A stretch of DNA of 64,000 nt from Eimeria praecox (taxonomy: Eukaryota), in contig OY986949.1 in assembly GCA_963920595.1 (NCBI GenBank), forward strand, positions 310,001 to 374,000, read 5' to 3'. Both the position numbers and the translations under genes were made by a program. The notes beneath the pieces were generated by a model. The model was not told the DNA's origin, ran no database searches, and saw only the letters and a program-made list of their open reading frames with translations. Shown here piece after piece: positions 39,001 to 51,000 of this stretch. Every line of letters begins with the position of its first letter. Position 1 is the stretch's first letter.

Positions 39001-42000
39001 ACGGTGTGCTTGGCCCCTACGTTTCCTGGCAGTGTCAAACATGCTGCGATCTTTGCACTTCAACTGCATGCGCCGTCGGTTTTGTCAACACAGTTTAGGG
39101 ACCGAACACCAAACATACTTTCTAATGGGTGGCACTAGCCAATATCGATGCTTGCAGATAGCGTCCCACATCCGCTCCTCCCACGGTTGACTGCCCAACA
39201 CAGCATGTCTAGTGTGAAACAAGGCACTCAAGACTCGACTGGTCGGAAGATGCTGGGGAGCACCCATAGCGGGCTCCAACTCGCACTTGCATGCGTGCAA
39301 CACTGCAGAAGATCACCGATACCAGGCCACTATCGCAAGTTTGGAGCAATGGAGATTCTGCGGTAATGAATAGGAAGACGTGGGGATCGTAGCCAAGCAT
39401 TCGGTGTGAGCCTGTGGGGAACGGTCTCGAGTGCAGGTTTTGGTGACAGTAGCAAATATTTAAGTGAGAACATTGAGGACTGAAGTAGAGAAGGGTCCCA
39501 TGTGGACAGCAATTGGGCATCGGCTAGCGGGCCCTAAGCGAAAGCATAGCTGCGGGAATTTCGGGGCTTTGCTGCCCTCGTAGTTCGCGAAAGGGAGCCG
39601 GGATAATATTCCTGAGCCAAAACGCTGATACGTTACGGTGGCGTGAATGAAATCGTCGACGCAGGCGGGTGCAACGGGAAGCGTTGTCTTTGCTTGTTAA
39701 CAACCTCTTCACATATATATCCTGCAATCAGACTGTATGGGGACAGGTTTGAGAGGTTGGTAGAGTTTCCTGGCTTTCTGGGAGTCCGGTTAGATTTCCC
39801 TAGCATCCTCTCTGATACATCCTTGCTTGAGCATAGTGAAGAAAACAAACCTACCGCCTTTTTGTGCAGTGCATACGCCTATCAATTTAGTCGGCTGACA
39901 TTTGCACGCGGCCACCCATTCGAGTCGCCGAATCACCGGTGTTGCAATCACTATCCTGCCGGCATAGCCTCCACCATACACAATTTTTGGAGGGCACGCC
40001 TACTGCCTGATACGTGACGCGCAAATACCGCAAGAGCGTGCTCATTAATAATACACACAATGCCGCCAGTGCATTCAGCAGGCCAGCACTGCACTCACCA
40101 GAGCCTCACAAATTGCAGCCCCAAGCATACAGCGCCACACAACCGGCGGGGAGAGGGCTTTGCAGATGTGTAGTGCCCTGTCCCGGCGTCTGCAGCACTG
40201 GAGCCACAATTTAACACAGCAAAGCACTCTTCAGTAATTCCGTAGACTCCTGGAAGCCCTTTGAGCTACGGAGTTTTGCATCGTGCATTTTGCGCATGCT
40301 CACGTCCTGAATCCTCAGTGCCAGCTCCCGCCTCACGGCGGTCTTGCTCGTGTTTGCCACTAAGCCCCTCTTAAAAACACTCAGTGGCCTGCACTAGCCA
40401 TTATGCACCGGCAATTTAGAGGATGCGGGTGCAAATCGCTAACAACCAGCAGCTCCCCCTTGCACTCGCGCAACACTGTCGATTTTGCCTTGGGATTTCC
40501 CTAGCATCCTTATACTCTAGGATAAATACGTGCTTGGGCGTAATGAAGCGAAGAAACCTACCGCCTTTTTGTGTAGCTCATGCGCCTATCACTTTAGTCG
40601 CCTGAAGTTTGCAGGCGGCCACATATTCGAGGCGCCAAATTCCCGGTCTTGCAAACATGATGATTTTGAGTACTAACGATAACTGTAATAGGGAATAACT
40701 TGCATGAGCGGCTCAGCCGCGCGATGCCCATCAGCTGGCTGTAGACCGTTGAGAACACCAAACTACAGCCTTCCCGAGCATCCACTGTTAGGGTGCAATC
40801 TCTATGCTGCCGACATAGCCCGCACCATATACGATTTTTGGAGGCCAAGCCTACTGCCTGATACGTGACGCGCAAATACAGCAAGAGCGTGCTCATTAAT
40901 AATACACACAATGCCGCCAGTGCATTCAGCAGGCCAGCACTGCACTCACCAGAGCCTCACAAATTGCAGCCCCAAGCATACAGCGCCAAACAACCGGCGG
41001 GGAGAGGGCTTTGCAGATGTGTAGTGCCCTGTCCCGGCGTCTGCAGCACTGGAGCCACAATTTAACACAGCAAAACACTCTTCAGTAATTCCGTAGACTC
41101 CTGGAAGCCCTTTGAGCTACGGAGTTTTGCATCGTGCATTTTGCGCATGCTCACGTCCTGAATCCTCAGTGCCAGCTCCCGCCTCACGGCGGTCTTGCTC
41201 GTGTTTGCCACTAAGCCCCTCTTAAAAACACTCAGTGGCCTGCACTGGCCATTATGCACGGGCAATTTAGAGGATGCGGGTGCAAATCGCTAACAACCAG
41301 CAGCTCCCCCTTGCACTCGCGTAACACTGTCGATTTTGCCTTGGGATTTCCCTAGCATCCTTATACTCTAGGATAAATACGTGCTTGGGCGTAATGAAGC
41401 GAAGAAACCTACCGCCTTTTTGTGTAGCTCATGCGCCTATCACTTTAGTCGCCTGAAGTTTGCAGGCGGCCACATATTCGAGGCGCCAAATTCCCGGTCT
41501 TGCAAACATGATGATTTTGAGTACTAACGATAACTGTAATAGGGAATAACTTGCATGAGCGGCTCAGCCGCGCGATGCCCATCAGCTGGCTGTAGACCGT
41601 TGAGAACACCAAACTACAGCCTTCCCGAGCATCCACTGTTAGGGTGCAATCTCTATGCTGCCGACATAGCCCGCACCATATACGATTTTTGGAGGCCAAG
41701 CCTACTGCCTGATACGTGACGCGCAAATACAGCAAGAGCGTGCTCATTAATAATACACACAATGCCGCCAGTGCATTCAGCAGGCCAGCACTGCACTCAC
41801 CAGAGCCTCACAAATTGCAGCCCCAAGCATACAGCGCCAAACAACCGGCGGGGAGAGGGCTTTGCAGATGTGTAGTGCCCTGTCCCGGCGTCTGCAGCAC
41901 TGGAGCCACAATTTAACACAGCAAAACACTCTTCAGTAATTCCGTAGACTCCTGGAAGCCCTTTGAGCTACGGAGTTTTGCATCGTACATTCTGCGCATG

Positions 42001-45000
42001 CTCACGTCCTGAATCCTCAGTGCCAGATTCCGCCTCATGGCGCTCGTGCGCGTATTTGTGAGTCAGCCCCTACCAAAACCATCTAGTGGCTTGTATTAGC
42101 CGCTGTGAGTCAGAGACGAAGGGACGGAAGGAGGAACCGGCACGGTTAGGACGTGCGGCATTTAACGTCTCAATCTCGCTGATCGGTTTTGCACCTGAAA
42201 TCTTCGCATATCAGCTATGAAGTTTCAGACTGATCGTTTATACCAGCTTGTGCATGGAGGATATTCCCGAACTGTGAATTCGCATTCAAGCGCCTTCTGC
42301 GACAGCTGCTTCTTCGTGGCCTACAATAGATCCACAACACGTACAGGTGACAACTGCAGAGATGCTGAGTTAGCAAACCACATACCTGTGAAGCATGTGT
42401 AAGGCGCCACAGCAGATGGTTAATATGATCCAAAGCTCTCTACGCTAGCAAGGCTGCATGCTACCTGGAAAGCCGTCACTGCTTCCTGTGCAAAAGGCAC
42501 ACACTCACACATCATCAGGACCTAAACTCAATCATTCGTCCCAACTCGCTATATTCTGTCGGGAAGACAATGCCCTTCTTGCGGAATGACCAACGTAATC
42601 AAAGGATTCCCCAGGATGGCTTGGTATCAATCTTTTATCAATCTTTACACGCGTTCGCGGGGAATTGTGCTTCCATGCGAAGCAGCGATTTACCGTGCTG
42701 CGCGCTGCACTGAAACCCTAATTGCATGCAATAAGGGTAACATATGGTTGCTGAAGCTTGAATGGCTCCTCAATTACAGCCTGCTGCTCAACCACCCCCT
42801 TGAACACACAAAGACACGGGCGTGAAGCAGAGGCCGCGAGCAGCTCTCTACTGTCAGCTGCTAGAGACAGAAACGTTCAAGATAGCAGCTACAGATTTGT
42901 GACGGACATCTTGTGTTGCCAAATGCCATTCAACACGTTTCTCACTTTTGTAATTAAAAAAGCATGCTTCCTAAATCACCGCTTAGAGAGACACCACATC
43001 AATGCCAGTCTCACCGGCTAGCGATTTGGATCATCAAAAGTGCACGCCCGTGTCTGGGAGGAAGCCAGCCTTCACTGGATACGCTTCCATCATTCGCTTC
43101 CGTTATGAAATGGCCTCTATTAAAGGAGCCCTAAATTGCGCAGGTATTCAAGCTGTTCCCGAAATACAGGCGAATGATAAAGCTAGGAATCAAACCTAAT
43201 CGCCAGCTAAAAGTCTGACAAAGCTGCATCCGAGCACAGAAAAATTCATAAATAAACGAGACACAGGAGTAATTCCTCTGCGCACTGCCATTAGTTCTCC
43301 TGAGTGAGCCACACAGCCCTACGGCATGGTGCTTCAAGTGAACAAACATTCATTTGAAGCGCACGACTGTAGGGAGGCGCTTGCCCATGATTGGTCCCAT
43401 TACAGGGATTAAGCGTACTGCCTGCTATGCGGTACACCCGTGATGCCACAAATGCAGCACCCTTCTGCATTTGTTCACAGTTCCTTAATGAAGTACCAAC
43501 CTCTCTGCAAGCTTGAGTGCCAGCATCCTTACTGGAAAAGGGTAATACCCAATAAAACCCCTGTGAGGCTTGGGGACCGTTGTCCTGCAGGCAAACGTTG
43601 TGCCTCTCATGTTTTACACCCCTCAACGTCAACGTCACTTTGCCCTCTTTTTAAAAGAATCTGGCATTTAAATTGCTTTCATGCAAAACCCTGTATAGGA
43701 AGCGAAAGAAAATGCTGGATCTTTAACATCAAGCTTCCATACATGCCTGAATGTGAACGGCGACCCGATGAATGCTGCAAAACCCACGGCAGCCCAATGC
43801 ACCAAACGACGCCCCTCAGACCAGTAAGGAAGGCGTACATCTCAACACGCATTGCATTAAGCTTCTGGTCTGGCACAATGTGCTAGAGGTTCTTGTTCGG
43901 TCGCTTCATCTTCGGGCCAAGACCCGCCCTGGCAAGTAAGCCAGGAACTGGAGAAGATCAGCTGCATGGTCAGTAGGTCGGTGCTGCTTTTTTTCCTATT
44001 TCTCTGGCATACTTCACCCTCTACCGATTTTAGGCGTAGGAAGAGACTCGCTGCTCAGCCAAACCACTGCTCGCAGCTCTATATTTGAAGAAATGAGCAG
44101 TCGTCAAGTGCTGCTGTGCCTTGTCGGGAATAACGTGACAGTCATTCAGACCAAGCGCAATACGCGTCTAACGACAAAGGAGCTTGGGAGCACCCATGCA
44201 GCCAAAGTAAAGGCCCTTGAAGCCGTTTTCTGCAATCGCTAACTACCCTTTCACGTTCATCATATGCGCTGCGCATGACGTAATATTCAGTCACGCCCCT
44301 GCAGAATGAGCGCATGCTTCGGCCTCCTTATTTGCGCTCAAGCATGCCCTGTGAATAATAGCCAGGGCGAATATTCCCTGACATCCCTTCTTTCTATGGA
44401 AATGTGCTCCTTATAAAGCAAACGCAATCGGCTGCTTCGATTTTGCCGCCAGAAGACAAAAGCATTCGAAAGGATGAACGTGCTAAAAACCTCCTAGTGT
44501 GTAGCGTTTGCGCATTATCATTCGCTTGCTCGTAGGCGCGGCGGGCGCACACGCCGCCGCGCCTACGCACGCCGCAAATTTGCCACTGTTCAAGTGTGAT
44601 ATTTGCACTCACTCTCTGTTGCTTGCATGATACTCATAGAGCGGCGAACCATGCCAAAGTAAATATCTTACTGAGCCTGTCGGAAAGCCCATGATTCCTA
44701 TTATGTGTCTCAGACACTACTTAAAAAGGCAATATATGTATTGAAATCATCTATTCTTCCATTCAATTAGCCGGTTGAAACCATGCAGCCGCTTATCTTT
44801 ATGCCTCACGTTTGCAGCCCTGCGCAGCCTGTACTCTCATCACTGCTCAAGCACTGAGTGCTGCTGCACGCAAGGAGTATCAGCAAATAAAGACGTGGAG
44901 GCTCTCCGAAAGCGTCAACGCGGACATATTTCCACCAATGACCTTGTCAATCGAACGTTTCAGATTGGCTAGTTGAAGGCTGCTCTACAGAACACAAACC

Positions 45001-48000
45001 GGAAAATTCAAAGTGACGGCAACTTAGCCACGTTCTGCAATATCCGCATACAGGACGTGCTGGAGCAAGCAAGTCGTTCCAACAAACAACTCCCTATAGG
45101 CTCATCATATGTGAAGGGTGAATCTGCAGGCTTGGATCTGGAGCAGTTCGCGGGACAACTTCCTGTCCTATATCGTTCACAGTGCGTACCTTACGCATTG
45201 GATTATACGAATCATTAGCTGGCTGGCGAGGCGGATTGCTTGCCGTTGCAACTCACGTCCTGGAAAATGGTACACGTAATACAGTTGAAGCTGCTATCTA
45301 ATGAACAAACAGTTCAGAGAAATGGTACACTACAGTTCTCTCCAACTGTTGTAGCTTCTCCCGTAGCAAAGCCTCAGTTTTCATGCCGCTTTTTCGCCGC
45401 CCTGCAAGGTCTCCTCGCACGGTCAGCCTGCAATTCCATTATCATCTAGTATCCGCTGAAGCACTATTTGTGAGCATCGTGCAGGGAGGAAGCCTACTTC
45501 CTGTTGAATGGGTTAAACCATCACTTTTATTTGCCAGGCATACCACCCAAGGAAGCAGAGAGCTTCACTCACAATGTGTTAGCATGAATTCACGCATGCG
45601 ACGTCTGCATTCAATTAAACTGTGGTCATCGTCTGCATTCGTAGGCGCATTCCTCTTTCCCCATAGCCCAAGTGACATTGTCGATTCATGCATGCCCACA
45701 GGCTAGGCATTAAGCTTGGAGAAGCCGCCTATGTAAAAAGCCTGAATATCACGCCTACGTCCTGCTTGTCAGTGCGCCTGTCGAGCACTGTTCCTCTTTC
45801 GTTCTGCCCTACGCAAGCTGAAACCCAAGCGTAGCCTCACGAAATCGGTGCGGACAGACGAACATTCCTGCTCGCTTCTACACACACAGAGTTCCACCGC
45901 TTCGCCTCGCACCCTGGAGTGTATCAAATGCCGCTGGCATCTTGTGTCGTAGGGGGTGTGCATGTCTAGTAATTAGTATACGTACTGCCTAATCAATCAG
46001 CTTCCCCTAGCGCTGGAGACGTCCGCGCTCAAATTACTCTCAAAAACGCCGTGCCAAATGGCAGTGCTTCAGGAACATGTTAGAGCAGGCGTTGCATATG
46101 TTATCAATTATTAAATGATCGTGAGCACGAAAGCAGCAGCAGCAAGGTGTCCCAGGTACGCAGCACAAGATATTTCTAGTTGAGGTCTCACAGTGTTAGT
46201 TGCGTTATCAACACTATCCCGGCCCTTGCAAACTAGGAGGTCAGTTAGCAAGCCTTCAGGCGCCCCTGGAGCACTCAAAAGTGGTTTGGAGCCAGTGCAT
46301 ACTCTCTGAAGCACGAGCATTCCGAGTGCCCTCAGTGCAAACCGCTTCTCACCAGGCATTCATTATCGTCATGCGCATCGTTGTCTGTCCGCGTCTTGAA
46401 CCCAGGTGAGGGGGCAGATATTAACAGGCGGCGTTGGTAAGGGTTGGTCCCAACCCTCAGCTAATACACAACCAATCGCCCCATGAATGCATGACACGCT
46501 TACACAGTGTCAAAGATCTTCTGAATACATGTATATACATGCCTAGCTCCCAAATGCTTTGAAAGCATCCCAAGAACGACCAGCACATAATGCAGGCTTA
46601 CTGCCTGATGCATGACACCCCCACACTAGACGTGTGCCCGCGTGGCGGCCGCATGCCCTAGCATCACGCCACGCCTACTCTAGAAGAAGTGCGGATATTC
46701 GTGTGCAAACAATTCTAACTCGACGTTCCTCGAGCATACGGCTTCAGTACCATTCTCCTGCGCTGCCACCCACCGAAAATGCTCTCCCCTTCGTCCCGAA
46801 TTCCACGCATTTTAAAGCTTGACTCACCAGTGTGGTGGCACGTATCTTGACACTCACAGCCTAAGGCACGATGCTTCCACACTACAAGTGTATATGCCTG
46901 GTCTGTCTATCTGCTCGCTGCGGTTCCGCAATTCCACAGTGTGACTTATCAGGGAGCAACACACGCATACACTGAAGAAGTAAAGGTAAACTTGCGTTGG
47001 CAAGCGGTATAATTGAAGCTTGGGAGTTAGTTTCCAGGTAAGGTGTCAAACATACTTCCTGACGCACGAAATCCCGAAGCCTGCACGATTCATTCCATCA
47101 CTCACCCCTGCTTCACAGTTCCCAACGCAGGCCACTTGTTGAAGGTGGCCACACACGCATGAATCGAGCTCAGCAGGTGAGGCGGCATCTGCTCAGCTTT
47201 GTGCCGCTTTCAGTTCACGAATCACATTATGGACGATTCCGCACACCTGCACTGACGCCCCAAAGCTCTCCGTTACCTCCGAACAAGTGCTCGTCCATTC
47301 ATTCAAGAGCTCAAGCCTACTGCCTGGTTCAGTGCAGTTTTCCTTTGTTGGCATGCACGCACGCGTGCCACTCGTCCAAATAAATTGGTTACCATACAGA
47401 GCTTCCCAGGCAAACAGTATAGCGTGGGGAAACACCTATCAGGACAGCAGACGCTTCCGGTACGTGCTCTTGCAGGCTTTCGAATACATTGCAGCTAAAC
47501 CAGCCAGCACTGGATAATTTCAGAAGCCTATTCGAGCTTTCACATGTTACGAAACACCTCGTGAAAATTGTCAGATATGTGACGGACTGTCTGATAAGCA
47601 AGTATCATGTAGGGATAGCGTGCGTACTTGCCTTCTACCTCTTCAGCCTATCGCTGGCCGTGCACGCTAATGCTCCAGGCAAACGCCAGAGGCCTTACTT
47701 AATCTGTGGCCTTGAGTACAGATGTGCCTAGGATCCGCATCAGTGACATCCTGCAGGCACTGTGGCACAACGTCTGGCACCATCAGAACACAGAGAGCGA
47801 GCATCATTTCAGGGGCCTGGCGCAATCGTCAGTTTAATTTCAGAAAGCAGGCTAAACTCACTGCCTGGAGAATAACACTTTGAGATACTCCCGTACAGCC
47901 TTGAAGCTGGCGAGTTTCTCGTCCGTCGGCCGCACCGCCCAGGCACACGCTCAACCTATCCTTTGCCGATAGGCAAAAGTGGTTAGAGCGCAGTGATCAT

Positions 48001-51000
48001 GAAATACCTGCCTGAGAAATTAAACTAATTGCTTGTCTACACTGCTCCGACTCCACCGAACAAGTTTTCTGTTTAAATACGAAACACGCGCACCATCTGA
48101 TTAACGATAATCAATATAAAAGGCTGCCTCACCGTGGTCTCGGCAGAGAATGCGCTTGGAAAATGTAGAAGCACCCTCGTCAACGCACCACTGCTGACCC
48201 ATCTGTCAGCTCAAACACTTAACCATCCACGGCAGGCCACTAAAGACCCTGAAGTATCTAATTGGATCCACAGAGCGAAGCATCAGCGTTTGCCGCTTGC
48301 TGAAACGTACCGCCTGATGCGCAGCACCCGCCTACTGCCACAAAACACGCTGGCATCTTCTTTATCCTCCATACCATCAGGTTTAATCTGCTTGACCAAA
48401 TGCAGGCTCGTTTCAAACCAATAAACCGTCTGCATGTAGGATGAAACACGCTGGCATTTGATACTTTTCGCCTTCCCATTGGCACGCGCCTCAGTGCTGA
48501 ACTGTGGCACACTTGTTGAAGAGCCTCATCACGTTTTACTTCGTCCCCAGAACTAATCGCGGAAATCGGAATAAGCGCAACTATAGTACATAATTCATAG
48601 ATCTTATTCACAGTCGTAGCGTATGGGCAAAAACCTGCATGATAGCAAGCATACTGCCTGATGCATGGGACTAATCCGATGCCACATTTTATGCTGGTTT
48701 TCTATATGTGAGGCGTCCGACAGTGGGGAGAATTCAGTCCATCAGTCGCAAATGCCTCTAATAATATCCATTTCTTGCCCTCTATGTGAGAAGGTAGGCC
48801 TGGTCAATCCCCCATGCGTTCAAAACACCAAGGATTGAAAAAGCATCGCGGTGAAGCCGCAGTATGGCATCCAAGACAGTAGTTATATGCAGCATGCGGG
48901 GGTCGAACATACATCCTAGTGCATGGCACGAACTTGCTGCATAGGCATGCAGCACTAGTCGATGGTTCTGCCTATTTCCCGCACGTCACACATAAACGTC
49001 CTAACCGGCCTTAAGCACTGACAAAGCTAAGCGGGGCCAACGAACATTGTGCCTACAAGTGATGCGCCATCTTCTGCAGCCAGCTAGGGCCGCTTTTCTC
49101 TGTGCTCCATTCGCGGCAACACTCCCACAGAATAGTATGCGAGGCCTGGCCATTTCAACTTGTTTTCTGGGCAATCGTTTTGGTCTTACACCAGCATGCA
49201 CGCCTACCGCCTGATGCGTAACCCTCGCGCATTGCCACAGCGCAGGGCGTCTGCCATAGAGTAAGCCGGGCCTTCTTATAAAAAAGCTTTCACTGTAAAG
49301 TGGTAAACCCATTAATCAAAAGGGCGAACGAGCAAGAGAGGCCATTCTCAAATCAAGTAATCAAGATAATCAAAAGCATTCAAGCACCGGCGGGAAATCC
49401 CCAACGCTATTGTCGGTCAACGTAGGACTCTTCAAGGTGCGCAAACTGCGGCGCAAGCGTACTGCCTGACATAGAGCAGTCTACTACTACCGCAGTGCTT
49501 GCTGCGTGCTACGCATCAGCCACAGCTTCGCAAAGCGCACCCAAGGTGCCTGCCTTTATTCCATTGTGTCTCTTCCCACCCATCGTGAACAAACAAACAA
49601 TGGACTGCATAATTGCAGCGTCGTGTCCTCATTTTAACAGACTCCTCAAATCTGCGTACAAACATGGTCAAGCACTCTTGCTGCAGTTTTCCGATGTGCT
49701 CAGCCTAGACGTGAAGCGTACAGCCTGATGCATCACGAAGCATAAAGGGTGTGTGCCACCACGCTTGATGCCCGTGTAGTCTAATACAAACGTGCAGACA
49801 ACATTTTATAGGGGGAATAAAACTAAAATTCAGTAGAACAGGAAGACTCTCTTTGCGTGCAGAGTACTCCAACATTACAGTCCCGGTGCTGTTAAGTTGC
49901 CACACGTAACCGACAACACCCATAACCGATAACGCCCAAAACAGATGTACTGTTATTGGTGGTAAACCTTACCGCCTAATGCAAAAGCCTTTCACATAGC
50001 TGTAGTGTATATTTGATCCTTTCAGTTAGCCACACCTCTGGTGTCCGCACTCGATTCTGATGAGGAAGCTCAGGCGCAGTGGTGAATAACCACCCTAAGC
50101 ATGTGGTATGTGGGGAGAGGCCTAGCACCACCGCTATATTCCCATACTGCTTTTTGCAAATGGATTTAAAGGAATCCCACATTGCAGGGCCCCCAAACAC
50201 GGCCCCTGCTTTCCCAATTACCCTCCAGCCGCTGCCTGCGCTCAGGGTTTAAAGGTCAAGCGTACTTGCTGTTGTATAGCATTCCAGACTACCACGCTGC
50301 ACGTCGACACTTGAAGCATACGCACCGCTCTCATTGCTGATGGGCACGTTTTGTTACCAAGGATCAGTTTCAGCTGGTGCCTTGCATCCTGATTGGCTCT
50401 AGTATTCAATGAGGCGCATTTAGCAGTCTTTTGTCTCCTACAAATTTTAAAGTACAGTATGCCTTCGCATTTAGACGTCACTCCTACCACCTGAAGTATC
50501 ACATCCCCCTTCGGCTCGGTGAACACATGCACTTCATTCGTCAGTGAAGAGTCAGTAGCCATTCGAGGTGCACACACATTCATAATCGTCCCAGTTAGCA
50601 AAGGCTGCACTGCCAAATGCTTAGGAGTCCACGGCACCCCCACACTTTAGTTGGGTGGCAACGAAGATGTCCCCCAGCAGCTGCTTCTACCTCACCCGCC
50701 TGTAGGGTAACCGTACTACCTAGTTGATAAATACCTCTACTTTCCACTGTACGGCAATGCATTCCATCATTCAACCATTCCTTTGGGTAACAAAGTGCTC
50801 GTTCGGGAGCATCCATCCCCAATCATCTAATCCCGTGTGTCACGTGCAAGCACTGAATCTCAGGATAGTGCATTATTGTGAAAATGCCAATAACGTAATC
50901 ATAACAACGTCGCACGCTCCATCTATCTTCTAATTAAACTTCCAGGAATCCCGCATTTACGCGTACTGTCTGCATGACGCTTGCATCTTGACAAGATTTC

